From assembly GCA_965223795.1 (NCBI GenBank), contig CBDCXL010000002.1, positions 2,208,001-2,272,000 on the forward strand: 64,000 bases of DNA, in the 5' to 3' direction. Below the pieces are notes generated by a model. It was not told the origin of the DNA, did not search any database, and saw only the letters and a list, made by a program, of their open reading frames with translations. This document shows, in pieces, positions 21,595 to 31,988 of the stretch (positions within the stretch are counted from its first letter, which is position 1; each line of letters starts with the position of its first letter). The translations under genes and the position numbers were made by a program. This stretch comes from Nitrospinales bacterium. Lineage in GTDB: Bacteria; Nitrospinota; Nitrospinia; Nitrospinales; VA-1.

Positions 21595-22670
21595 CCCCCA
21601 TGGCCCAGGACAACAGCAACAGAACGCTTTGGATCGGTATCGCGGTTGCGGTGTTCGCGATTTTGTTTCTTTATCTCGCCCGCCACGTCGCCATTCCTTT
21701 TTTCATCGCCTTCGCGCTGGCTTACCTGATGGACCCGGTCGTCGACAAGATGGAATCGTGGAATATCTCGCGCACGGTTTCGGTGGTGATTCTCTTGCTG
21801 GTGTTCTTTTCGATCTGCCTCGGCGCGGGGCTCCTGCTGTTTCCGGTGCTGCAGCTGCAGGCGGAGAACCTGGCGAAGAACCTGCCCAAATACATCCAGG
21901 TGGTGCAGGACTGGCTCAAGCCGTTTCTGGAGCGGTTCGCGGGGATGGACCACACCAAAATCCAGGAGTTCCTCAACGAGGGGCTGGCGAAGTTCGGTGA
22001 GCTACCCCTTAAGATTCTGGGCTTCACTTCCAAGTTTCTCTGGGATTCGGTTTCCAACCTGTTCAGCGTTTTCCTTATGGTGTTCAATCTGGTCATCATC
22101 CCGGTGGCGATGTTTTACCTGCTGCGCGATTTCGACATCATCAACGCCAAGCTGCTGGGACTGGTGCCAGAGCGGCTGCGCGAAAAAACGCTCGACATTG
22201 TGGGCGACATCGACCGCGTGCTGGCGTCGTTCGTTCGCGGTCAGCTGATGGTGGCGCTGTCGATGGGGGGGCTGTACGCCCTGGGATTGTACTTCTGTCA
22301 GACGCCGCTGAGCCTTTCGATCGGCTTCGCCGCGGGGATCGCGAACCTGGTGCCGTATCTGGGGGTCATCGTCGGTTTCGTTCCCGCCGCGGTGCTGACC
22401 TACCTGCAGACCCAGGATTGGATGCTGCTGCTCGGCGTGGTGGGCGTGTTCGCCGCGGTGCAGACGCTGGAAGGCATGGTGCTGACGCCGCGCATACTCG
22501 GTGACAACGTCGGCCTGCACCCGGTGGCGGTGCTGTTCGCGGTGCTTCTGGGCGGCGACCTGTTCGGACTGGTGGGCATCATACTGGGAGTTCCCGTGGT
22601 GGCGGTGCTCAACGTCCTGTTGCGCCGGGGTATCCAGCGCTACAAGCAATCCCGGTTTTTTTCCGGCTGA
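21591..22670 (+). CDS. AI-2E family transporter
   Basis: PFFIAFALAYLMDP, FVRGQL, NLVPYLG, LTPRILG..VGLHP; start may be 21600. Confidence 0.9.
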   Translation: MTPMAQDNSNRTLWIGIAVAVFAILFLYLARHVAIPFFIAFALAYLMDPVVDKMESWNISRTVSVVILLLVFFSICLGAGLLLFPVLQLQAENLAKNLPKYIQVVQDWLKPFLERFAGMDHTKIQEFLNEGLAKFGELPLKILGFTSKFLWDSVSNLFSVFLMVFNLVIIPVAMFYLLRDFDIINAKLLGLVPERLREKTLDIVGDIDRVLASFVRGQLMVALSMGGLYALGLYFCQTPLSLSIGFAAGIANLVPYLGVIVGFVPAAVLTYLQTQDWMLLLGVVGVFAAVQTLEGMVLTPRILGDNVGLHPVAVLFAVLLGGDLFGLVGIILGVPVVAVLNVLLRRGIQRYKQSRFFSG

Positions 22671-22724
22671 TCCCTTCCTCTTCGTTTTATTCAAAAAATA
22701 TCAATGATGTAGAGTGAATTGTCC

Positions 22725-22767
22725 TTGACCTGCCGTTTCACTTTCATTATATTTACTGTGATAGTAA
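22725..22767 (+). promoter_or_regulatory. Sigma70-type promoter with overlapping palindrome
   Basis: TTGACC (22725-22730), 17-nt spacer, TATATT (22748-22753); TTACT-N5-AGTAA at 22753-22767. Confidence 0.6.
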
Positions 22768-22939
22768 CTGGGTTTGGCCGATTCACCTCAACACATTGAC
22801 ACGTCAAACCTTCCCGCGTTTTAAAAGCAACCCACGATCCTTCATCGGATCGTCCCGGTTTCCCCATGTTCCACCCATAGGCGCGGCCCCCCGTTCTCGT
22901 TTCGGCGCGCCGGCCGCCTTCCCTTCAGGAGACACCTTC

Positions 22940-23758
22940 ATGAACAGAATCGTTGCACATCCCCTGGCCACCACTCCCGTCATCCACGACATTCAAACCA
23001 AGCTGGAACGGAGCCGCTACAGCCCGCAGACCGTCAAAGCCTATTTGGGCCAATTGAAAATATTCTTCCGCGCGATCCATCCCAAGGACCCCAGGCAGGT
23101 CACGCAGGATGAGATCCGCAGCTATCTCGAACAGCTGGTGGCCTCCAACATGTCGCGTTCGACGGTGGACCAGGCGGTGAACGCGCTGGAGTTTTTCAGC
23201 CAGCTGGTGTTCGGCGCGCACCTGGACCTCACGGATTTCGAGCGGCCGCGCAAGAAAAAGGCGAACCCGGTGGTTCTGTCACTGGATGAAGTGAAGCAGA
23301 TCGCCGTCGCCGCGGAAAATCCCAAGCACCGGCTGATGATCGAACTGGCGTACACGGCGGGGTTGCGGGTTTCGGAGGTGGTGGAGGTGCGCATCAAGCA
23401 CATCGACCTCACGCAGCTCAAGTTGTTCGTTCCGGCTCAGGGGCAGGACGGCTGGGGACGCACGACGATCTTTTCCGCCAGCCTGAAAGACGCGCTGGCA
23501 CGCCAGATCGGCACCAAAGACGGCGAAGACCTGCTGTTTCCCAGCGAACGGGGCGGCGCGCTCACCACGCGCGCGGTGGCGAAGTTTTTCAAGTCGGCGC
23601 TCAAGTCTTCGGGCGTGGACAAAGCCGCGACGCCGCACTCGCTTCGGCATTCGTTTTCGGTGTTCATGCTGGAGCGGGGAACTGACCCGCATCTGATCCA
23701 GAACCTGCTGGGACTGCGCCGCATGTCGCCCGCGGCCATGCGCGCCGTGGCGCACTGA
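22940..23758 (+). CDS. Tyrosine recombinase/integrase homologue lacking catalytic Tyr
   Basis: AGGAGA RBS; N-terminal SAM-like domain (YSPQTVKAY), GLRVSE, HSLRHSF; C-terminus LLGLRRMSPAAMRAVAH* has no LLGH His and no Tyr. Confidence 0.88.
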   Translation: MNRIVAHPLATTPVIHDIQTKLERSRYSPQTVKAYLGQLKIFFRAIHPKDPRQVTQDEIRSYLEQLVASNMSRSTVDQAVNALEFFSQLVFGAHLDLTDFERPRKKKANPVVLSLDEVKQIAVAAENPKHRLMIELAYTAGLRVSEVVEVRIKHIDLTQLKLFVPAQGQDGWGRTTIFSASLKDALARQIGTKDGEDLLFPSERGGALTTRAVAKFFKSALKSSGVDKAATPHSLRHSFSVFMLERGTDPHLIQNLLGLRRMSPAAMRAVAH

Positions 23759-23764
23759 GTTGCT

Positions 23765-24832
<1,068 letters not shown>

Positions 24833-24835
24833 AAT

Positions 24836-25222
24836 CTAATCGTCGCAGTGGATTTCCAGGTGGTTGAAATCCGGGTCGTTGAAATATATCGATTCGCCGT
24901 TGCCGCGCTTCACCGGGCCGCTGTCGATGCGCACGTTCTTGGCGTTGAGTTCGTCGACGATGGACTGAAACCGCTGCTTGTCCGCCTTGAACGCCAGGTG
25001 CATGTATCCGGTTTCGCTCAACAGGCCGAGCGCCTCGCGCGTGTCGAGGTCTTTGGATTCGAACAGCGCGATCGCGCCGTTGCCGGTGTCGAGCATCAGG
25101 TGGCGCAGTCCTTTGGAGAACCGGTGCGTCACCGAAAAGCCCAGCACCCCGGTGTAGAATTGTTCCGCCCGGTCCAGATCGCGGACGTTGAGGGCGATGT
25201 GGTGAATGCCTTCAAGCTGCAT
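24836..25222 (-). CDS. VOC/glyoxalase family protein
   Basis: IHHIALNVRDLDRAEQFY, HLAF, YFNDPDFNHLE; start MQLEG. Confidence 0.9.
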   Translation of the reverse strand: MQLEGIHHIALNVRDLDRAEQFYTGVLGFSVTHRFSKGLRHLMLDTGNGAIALFESKDLDTREALGLLSETGYMHLAFKADKQRFQSIVDELNAKNVRIDSGPVKRGNGESIYFNDPDFNHLEIHCDD

Positions 25223-25235
25223 GACAACTCCAGGG

Positions 25236-25601
25236 TCAGAGCGTGCCGTCGCCCGCGCCGAGGGAGGGCGCGTTGAGGCCGTCCACGCCGGTGTCCCCCA
25301 TGGGATCTTCATGGGTGATGACGAAAATGTGGTAGCCGAAGGTGGTTTTGACGGGGCCCTGAATCTGATGCACCGGAGCTTTTTGCGCCGCTTCGTACAG
25401 TTCCGGGGCGCTGGTGTGCACTTCCAGAACCCCGAGGTCGCCGCCCTTGTTGCGCGAACTGCAGGCGCTGTATTTTTTCGCCTGTTTGGCGAAACTTTTC
25501 ATCATGGTTTCGTAATCGTCGTAGGATTTGAAGTGCTCCAACAGCACGTTGGCGAGATCCTCGGTGGTCAAAACGATGTGGCTCAAATAAAGCGATCTCA
25601 T
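25236..25601 (-). CDS. Small parvulin-type peptidyl-prolyl isomerase
   Basis: SHIVL, AKKYSACSS, GGDLG, GPVKTTFGYHI. Confidence 0.85.
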   Translation of the reverse strand: MRSLYLSHIVLTTEDLANVLLEHFKSYDDYETMMKSFAKQAKKYSACSSRNKGGDLGVLEVHTSAPELYEAAQKAPVHQIQGPVKTTFGYHIFVITHEDPMGDTGVDGLNAPSLGAGDGTL

Positions 25602-25735
25602 GATCCGATCTCTCAAAAATACAACCTATTAGACGCCGCTCTCCAGTTGCGGAAAGCACGGGTTTCGACGCTGGATGACTAACGATTGTAGCTTGTTTGG
25701 CGCAATTTACAAGGGGTATCGGGAGGGAGGCCGGG

Positions 25736-26536
25736 TCAGAGCAGGAAGCTCACCCCGCCCATGATGCGGGGGATCAGCTTCGGGCGCGCCAGGCGGCGGT
25801 CGTAGACGCCCAGGCGGCGGCGGTTTTCCTTGAGGCAGAGTTCCACGAACCCTTTGGGGGAGAGCGAGGATTTTTCGTGCTTGCGCGCCTGAATGGTGAA
25901 CGAGGAGCCGCCGACGTTTTTCAACTCCTTGAGGCGGCTCCAGGCCGCGAAAGCGTAGGCCCAGCAGGTGCGCAAATAATGCAACGGTTGCAGCAAGAGC
26001 GGCCGCTTGTAGCGCTGGTAGAGGATCCAGTTCTGGATGAAGAGGATGTGGCGCGCTTCTTCCTGGACGATCGGCTCCATCACTTCGATCAGTTCGCGCG
26101 GGTAGTCGTTGGTGGATTTGGAAATCTCAAGAAACCCGAACGCGAAAAACGAATCGATGCACTCGCCCGCTCCCGTATTCAGGAACACCTGCTCGAGATT
26201 GTCGGCCAGGGGGTTGTCGGGTTTTTCCTTAAAAGGGATGTTGTAGCGTTTTAGAAAATACTTGAGCAGTTCCGCATGGCGCTTCTCTTCATAGCCCTGC
26301 AGCGCCATCGCCTCCCTGAGCAACGGGTCTTTGATCTCTTCGGAGTAGGCTTCGAGTTTGCGGAACACCTGCCGTTCGGTGTGGACCGCGTGATCCCAGA
26401 TGGGAAAGCCCGCGAGCTTTTTGACGACGGATTCCTCAAGCTCCGGCCAAGGCAATTCCTCCGGCGTGAAGGGATTGTGCGTGTCGATGAAAAATTTGCA
26501 GAACAGTTCTTTGTGTTCTTCCGTTCCGTATCGCAT
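25736..26536 (-). CDS. Ferritin-like di-iron domain protein
   Basis: Two ExxH motifs (EEKRH, EEARH), ECIDSFFAFG. Confidence 0.82.
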   Translation of the reverse strand: MRYGTEEHKELFCKFFIDTHNPFTPEELPWPELEESVVKKLAGFPIWDHAVHTERQVFRKLEAYSEEIKDPLLREAMALQGYEEKRHAELLKYFLKRYNIPFKEKPDNPLADNLEQVFLNTGAGECIDSFFAFGFLEISKSTNDYPRELIEVMEPIVQEEARHILFIQNWILYQRYKRPLLLQPLHYLRTCWAYAFAAWSRLKELKNVGGSSFTIQARKHEKSSLSPKGFVELCLKENRRRLGVYDRRLARPKLIPRIMGGVSFLL

Positions 26537-26661
26537 CGGAGTCTGAGAATTTAAGAGAAGCCGATAGAATTCGTCACCGTATTTTCAGCGATCTTTTATC
26601 ACAGCTCGGACGATGTTTTCAAAAATATTTTGCGCCCGGGACGTTTCGACGCGCGGTGACT

Positions 26662-28197
26662 TTATTTTTTGTGGAAATGGTTCTCGATGGCTTCGGCGAG
26701 CGCATCGACGGTGTAGGATTGCGGCAGGATGGCCACGTTGAGTCCCGCGTCGCGCGCGGTCTTTTCGGTGACCGGTCCGATGCAGGCGATGGCGACGTGT
26801 TTCAAGGCGTGTTTGCGTTCAGGCCCGATTTTTTCGAGAAAGTGGGTCACCGTCGAGGAGGAGGTGAACGTGACGACGTCGATGGTTTTTTCTTCCAGCC
26901 GTCTGGCGAAATCGTCGATCCGGTCCTTGGGGATCACGGTGCGGTAGGCCGGGGCCACGTCCACGTGCGCACCCAGGGAACGCAGGGTGTCGGGCAGGAT
27001 CTCGCGCGCCACGGCGGCGCGCGGCAGCAGGAAGCGCTTGTCTTTGAGCGACTCTTCCTTGAGCGCCGCGATCAGCGATTCGGCGACAAAATCACTGGGC
27101 ACCACGTCCACCCGGATACCCAGATCCAGCACCGCCTGTTCGGTTTTGGGACCGATGGTGTAGACCCTCTGACCATGCAGATCGCGGATGTCTTTTTTTC
27201 TTTCTTTCAGCCGCTGCATGAAATAGCGCACGCCGTTGACGCTGGTGAAGATGATGCCGTCGTAGCCGGTGAGCGCGTCCAGCGCCGCATCGAGCGGCTG
27301 CCAGGTTTCCGGCGGCAAGGTCTGGATGACGGGATAGGAATAGGCCTCGGCGCCTTTTTCCTGCAACGCCTCGATGAACGATTCGGACTGGTCCTCGGCG
27401 CGCGTGACGGCGATGGTTTTTCCGAACAGCGGCAGGTTTTCGTACCACTCGATGTGGGGTTTGTAGTTCGCCACCTCGCCGATGATGGTGAGCGCCGGCG
27501 GCTGGATGGTTTCCTGCGCCGCGATGTCCACGATGGTCTTGAGCGTGCCGGTCCAGGTTTTCTGGCGCGCGGTGGTGCCCCACTGGATCACCGCTACCGG
27601 CGTGTCGGGGTCTTTGCCGTAGCGCAGCAGGTTTTCGCTGATCCTGGACAGCTTGCGCGCGCCCATGAGAAACACCAGGGTGCCTGAGCGGCTGGCGATC
27701 TTTTCCCAGTCGATGCGCAGATCCCCCGTCTGCTTTTCGTTGCTGCCGGTGATGATGGAGATGGAGCTGGAAGCGTCGCGGTGCGTGAGGGGGATGCCGG
27801 CGTAGGCGGAGACGCCCATCGGCGAGGAGACGCCCGGCACGACGACGAAAGGGATGCCCGCCTGCTTGAGCTGCTGGGCTTCCTCGCCGCCGCGGCCGAA
27901 GATGAACGGGTCTCCACCCTTGAGGCGCACCACGGTCAAACCGGCGCGCGCCTTGTCCACGAGCAGCGCGTTGATTGCTTCCTGCTTGAGGACGGCGTAG
28001 CCGGCTTTTTTGCCGGCGTAAATCAGCTCGGCGGTGTCGGGCGCGAAGCGCAGCAGGTTGGGGCTGACCAGATGGTCGTACACGACGACGTCGGCGCGGC
28101 TCAGCCAGTGTTTTCCCGTCAGCGTCAAAAGCCCCGGGTCGCCCGGCCCCGCGCCCACAAGCGCGACGCGGCCTGTCTGGTTCGGCGTTTCAGTCAT
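26662..28197 (-). CDS. cobA: Uroporphyrinogen-III C-methyltransferase / uroporphyrinogen-III synthase fusion (CobA-HemD)
   Basis: VGAGPGDPGLLT, RLKGGDPFIFGRGGEE; HemD half FTSVNGV, FTSSSTV, CIGPVT. Confidence 0.93.
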   Translation of the reverse strand: MTETPNQTGRVALVGAGPGDPGLLTLTGKHWLSRADVVVYDHLVSPNLLRFAPDTAELIYAGKKAGYAVLKQEAINALLVDKARAGLTVVRLKGGDPFIFGRGGEEAQQLKQAGIPFVVVPGVSSPMGVSAYAGIPLTHRDASSSISIITGSNEKQTGDLRIDWEKIASRSGTLVFLMGARKLSRISENLLRYGKDPDTPVAVIQWGTTARQKTWTGTLKTIVDIAAQETIQPPALTIIGEVANYKPHIEWYENLPLFGKTIAVTRAEDQSESFIEALQEKGAEAYSYPVIQTLPPETWQPLDAALDALTGYDGIIFTSVNGVRYFMQRLKERKKDIRDLHGQRVYTIGPKTEQAVLDLGIRVDVVPSDFVAESLIAALKEESLKDKRFLLPRAAVAREILPDTLRSLGAHVDVAPAYRTVIPKDRIDDFARRLEEKTIDVVTFTSSSTVTHFLEKIGPERKHALKHVAIACIGPVTEKTARDAGLNVAILPQSYTVDALAEAIENHFHKK

Positions 28198-28975
28198 GCG
28201 GCTCCTGAAGATGGTTTGAAATCCTCGCGAAATCCGAAAGCGACAGGGTTTCGCCCCGGCGCGACAGATCGATGCCGGCCAATTGCGTTTTGCCGTTTTG
28301 CGTCTCGAAGCGATTCTGCCAGAGTTTCAAATTGTTCTTCAACATTTTCCGTTTGTGCAGGAAGGCGGCGCTCACCACTTTGAAAAAATTTTTTTCATCC
28401 TGGACCGCAACCTTGGGCCTGGCGAGCGGCGTCAGCTTCACCACCGAGGAAGCGATCTTGGGCTGCGGCGAAAATGCGGTTTTCGGCACTTCCAGCAGGC
28501 GCTCGGTATCGCAGTGATACTGGATGAACACCGAGAGGGAGCCGTATTCTTTCTGCGCCGGCGCCGCCGTGAAGCGGTCGACGACTTCCTTTTGCAGCAT
28601 GACGGTCAGGTCGCGGATGTGCGCGTGGTAGTGGATCAGCCGCTTCACGATGTGGGTCGCCGCGTAATAGGGCAGGTTGGACACCACCTTGATCCCGGTT
28701 CCGAGTTTGCTGTAATCGAACTTCACCGCATCGTCTTCGAGCAGCGTGAAATTGTCTTTTGCACCGAAGCGTTTTTTGAGCTGGGTGCAGAGTTTGGGGT
28801 CGACCTCGATCGCGATGACGCGCGCCGCGCGTTCGATCAAAAGTTCGGTCAGAATCCCCTTGCCGGGGCCGATTTCCAGAACCGTGTCCGCATCCGTGAT
28901 GCGCGCGGCCTGGACGATCCGGTGGGCGATGTCCGCGTCGATGAGAAAATTCTGTCCGAGCGCCCGTTTTTTCAT
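28190..28975 (-). CDS. rsmA: 16S rRNA dimethyladenosine transferase
   Basis: LGQNFL, EIGPGKG, SNLPY, MLQKEV, YGSLSV; start MKKRALG overlaps pdxA stop. Confidence 0.95.
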   Translation of the reverse strand: MKKRALGQNFLIDADIAHRIVQAARITDADTVLEIGPGKGILTELLIERAARVIAIEVDPKLCTQLKKRFGAKDNFTLLEDDAVKFDYSKLGTGIKVVSNLPYYAATHIVKRLIHYHAHIRDLTVMLQKEVVDRFTAAPAQKEYGSLSVFIQYHCDTERLLEVPKTAFSPQPKIASSVVKLTPLARPKVAVQDEKNFFKVVSAAFLHKRKMLKNNLKLWQNRFETQNGKTQLAGIDLSRRGETLSLSDFARISNHLQEPHD

Positions 28976-29982
28976 CGCGGTAAGGCTGCGCTGCGGCAGA
29001 GCCTCGCGGCTTCGCGGATGGCGGACTTCAGGCTTTCGGGGGAGGCGCTGCCGGTGCCGGCGATGTCGTAGGCGGTGCCGTGGTCGACGGAGGTGCGGAT
29101 GATGGGCAGCCCCAGCGTGATGTTGACCGCCCGGCCCTTGGAATCCATCTTCACGGGGATCATGCCCTGGTCGTGGTACATGGCGACCACCGCGTCGTAG
29201 AGTTTTCCCGGCTCCCTGGCGAACAGGGAATCGGCCGAGTACGGACCGTGGGCGCGGATGCCCTCTTTGCGCACCGCTTCGAGAGCGGGCAGGATCGTCT
29301 GCGTCTCCTCGTCGCCGAAGATGCCGCCGTCGCCGCAATGCGGGTTGAGCCCGGTGACGGCGATCTCCGGTTGTCCGGTCACATGGGTTTTGAGCCAGCG
29401 GTGTGTCAGGCGCAGCGTGGTGGCCACACGCTCCACGTCGAGCAATGCGGGCACGGCGGCGAGCGCGGTGTGCGTGGTCACCAGCACCACACGCAGGGTC
29501 GGCCCCGCCAGCATGAGCGCGGATTCATTGCTGTCTGTCAACGCGGCCAGAAGCTCGGTATGACCGGGGTAGCGGTGGCCTGCGAGATGCAGGCTTTCCT
29601 TGTTGATGGGGGCGGTGGTGATGGCATCGACGTCGTGGTTCAATGCCAGACGCACGGCTTTTTCGATGCAGGCCACCGAGGCCTGACCGCCTTCCGCGGA
29701 AGCCTGTCCGCGAATCAGTGAAGGGGAAACGTTTTTGAGGTCGATGACATCGAGAGTGCCGGAGCGGGGCTGCGGATCGTTGGCGGCGGCAACGGAACGG
29801 AGCGTGAGTCCAGGTGCGAGCGAGGAGGCGATACGCGCGAGGAAGTCCCGATCGCCGATGACGACGGCGCGGCAGACCTCGCTCAGGGAGGCGTCGAGAA
29901 AGGCCTTGAGAATGATTTCAGGACCCACGCCAGCGGGGTCCCCCATCGTGATGGCAATGCGGGGCAACGGCTCCAAGATCAA
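28972..29982 (-). CDS. pdxA: 4-hydroxythreonine-4-phosphate dehydrogenase
   Basis: MGDPAGVGPE, TAPINK, GHTE, GLNPH, MYHDQG, RTSVDHGTA. Confidence 0.95.
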   Translation of the reverse strand: MILEPLPRIAITMGDPAGVGPEIILKAFLDASLSEVCRAVVIGDRDFLARIASSLAPGLTLRSVAAANDPQPRSGTLDVIDLKNVSPSLIRGQASAEGGQASVACIEKAVRLALNHDVDAITTAPINKESLHLAGHRYPGHTELLAALTDSNESALMLAGPTLRVVLVTTHTALAAVPALLDVERVATTLRLTHRWLKTHVTGQPEIAVTGLNPHCGDGGIFGDEETQTILPALEAVRKEGIRAHGPYSADSLFAREPGKLYDAVVAMYHDQGMIPVKMDSKGRAVNITLGLPIIRTSVDHGTAYDIAGTGSASPESLKSAIREAARLCRSAALPR

Positions 29983-30001
29983 CTGTCCACGCCGGGGGGC
30001 T

Positions 30002-30047
30002 GGCGTCGACGAGCCCCATGATCGGTCACGGGGCTTAATTCGACGCC
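30002..30047. repeat. Intergenic nested inverted repeat (stem-loop)
   Basis: GGCGTCGA...TCGACGCC outer arms, AGCCCC...GGGGCT inner arms, TGA-TCGG-TCA tip. Confidence 0.6.
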
Positions 30048-30064
30048 GATGGTGAAATCCCCGC

Positions 30065-31714
30065 TCACTTCCTTAATTTGTGAATCCGGGCCTGACCCTT
30101 GCCGGCAGCGCCGGGATTCGGGCTGGCGCCGAGGATTTCCTTGCTCACGGTTTTTTCGTACTGCTTGAAATTTTCCACGAACAGACGGGCCAGTTCGCGT
30201 GCCTTTTCGTCGTAATCCTCCGCGCGCTTCCAGGTGTTGCGCGGGTTGAGCACCTCGTCCGGAACGCCTTCGATCTTGCTCGGAATGTTCAGGCCGAACA
30301 CCGGATCCTTGAACGTCTCGACGTTATTGATCTGGCCTTCCAGGATGGCCTTGATCATGGCGCGGGTGTGGGCGATCTTCATGCGGTGGCCCACGCCGTA
30401 GGCGCCGCCGGTCCAGCCGGTGTTGACGAGCCAGCAGTTGACTTTGTGCTTGGCGATCTTTTCGCCCAGCATGTTGGCGTACACCGAGGGGTGCAGCGTC
30501 ATGAACGGCGCGCCGAAGCAGGTGCTGAACGTGGCGGTGGGTTCGCGGCTCAGGCCCTTTTCGGTGCCCGCCACTTTCGCCGTGTAACCGGAGATGAAAT
30601 GATACATCGCCTGTTCGGGCGTGAGCTGGGCGATCGGAGGCATGACGCCGAACGCGTCGCAGGTCAGCATGATGACGTGTTTCGGGTGGCCGCCCATGCC
30701 GGACCGGGTGGCGTTTTCGATGTGCGAGATCGGATAGCTGGCGCGGGTGTTCTCGGTCAGGCTGGCGTCGTCGAGGTCCAGCCGGCGCGACTGCTCGTCC
30801 AGCACCACGTTTTCCAGAATGGTGCCGAAGTGCCGGGTGCAGTTGTAAATCGCCGGCTCCGCCTCGGGAGACAGCCTGATGACCTTGGCGTAGCAGCCGC
30901 CCTCGAAATTGAACACGCCCTTGTCGCTCCAGCCGTGCTCGTCGTCGCCGATCAGGATGCGGTTCGGGTCGGCGGAGAGGGTGGTCTTGCCGGTTCCCGA
31001 CAGGCCGAAAAAGATCGCCGTTTCGCCGCTTTCGTCCATGTTGGCGGAGCAGTGCATGGAAAGAACCGAATGCTTGTGCGGCAACAGATAATTGAGCACC
31101 GAGAAAATCGATTTTTTGATTTCGCCCGCGTAGCTGGTGCCGCCGATGAGCACCATCTGTTTGCCGTAGTCCACGATGACGAACACTTCGGAGTTGGTGC
31201 CGTCGATGGCCGGAACCGCCTTGAAGCCCGGAACCTGCACGACGGTGAAGGCCGGGACGTGGTTTTCCAGCTTCGCCAGGTCCTTGATCTGGATGAACAT
31301 GTTGCGGGCGAACAGGCTGTGCCAGGCGTTTTCGGTGATCACCCGGATGTGCAGCTGATGATTGGTGTCGGCGCCGGCGTAGCAGTCCTGCACGTACACC
31401 TGCTTGCCCTGCAGGTAAGCGAGGATGCGGGCGTACATGGCGTCGAACTGCTCGACGGAGAACGGCTTGGCGTTGTCCCACCAGATGTTTTCCTGGCTGG
31501 ACGGTTCCTGCACGATGAATTTGTCGTTGGGCGCGCGTCCGGTGTGCTCGCCGGTGCTGACGCAGAGCGGTCCCAGATGGGAGACCATGCCTTCGGAATT
31601 GCGGATGGCGTGTTCGTAAAGCTGCGGAGTGGACAGATTCCAGTGGATCTTGGTCAGGTTGCGAATTCCGTGGTGTTCCAACCCGATTTTGTGTTTCAGT
31701 ACTGTCTCAGGCAT
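30065..31714 (-). CDS. pckA: Phosphoenolpyruvate carboxykinase (ATP)
   Basis: YAGEIKKS, SMHCSAN, FGLSGTGKTT, IGDDEHGW, NFEGGCYAK, TENTR. Confidence 0.97.
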   Translation of the reverse strand: MPETVLKHKIGLEHHGIRNLTKIHWNLSTPQLYEHAIRNSEGMVSHLGPLCVSTGEHTGRAPNDKFIVQEPSSQENIWWDNAKPFSVEQFDAMYARILAYLQGKQVYVQDCYAGADTNHQLHIRVITENAWHSLFARNMFIQIKDLAKLENHVPAFTVVQVPGFKAVPAIDGTNSEVFVIVDYGKQMVLIGGTSYAGEIKKSIFSVLNYLLPHKHSVLSMHCSANMDESGETAIFFGLSGTGKTTLSADPNRILIGDDEHGWSDKGVFNFEGGCYAKVIRLSPEAEPAIYNCTRHFGTILENVVLDEQSRRLDLDDASLTENTRASYPISHIENATRSGMGGHPKHVIMLTCDAFGVMPPIAQLTPEQAMYHFISGYTAKVAGTEKGLSREPTATFSTCFGAPFMTLHPSVYANMLGEKIAKHKVNCWLVNTGWTGGAYGVGHRMKIAHTRAMIKAILEGQINNVETFKDPVFGLNIPSKIEGVPDEVLNPRNTWKRAEDYDEKARELARLFVENFKQYEKTVSKEILGASPNPGAAGKGQARIHKLRK

Positions 31715-31988
31715 GAAGGCATCTCCTTATTGTGGGGACCGGTGCGGCCGACCGCTAACACTTTGAAAAGGAAGACTCCTCGTCAAAGGGGCGGGGTGGT
31801 TTTTGTTGAATAAACGTTTGATATTATTTATATTAACATATGTTTGATTCGCCCGTAAATCATTTTCACCGGACGGTGAATTTGGGCGGATATGATGCCG
31901 GGAAGGCCGAAATCATCGCCGGGACGAAGTTTACAGGGCCGTTTTTACCTATTAGGATGGAAATTTTGCCTCCGGGAATCAAAAAACC

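Noticed and set aside
28190..29338. N-terminally extended RsmA
   Set aside because: The extension overlaps pdxA in another frame; the real start is ATG 28975
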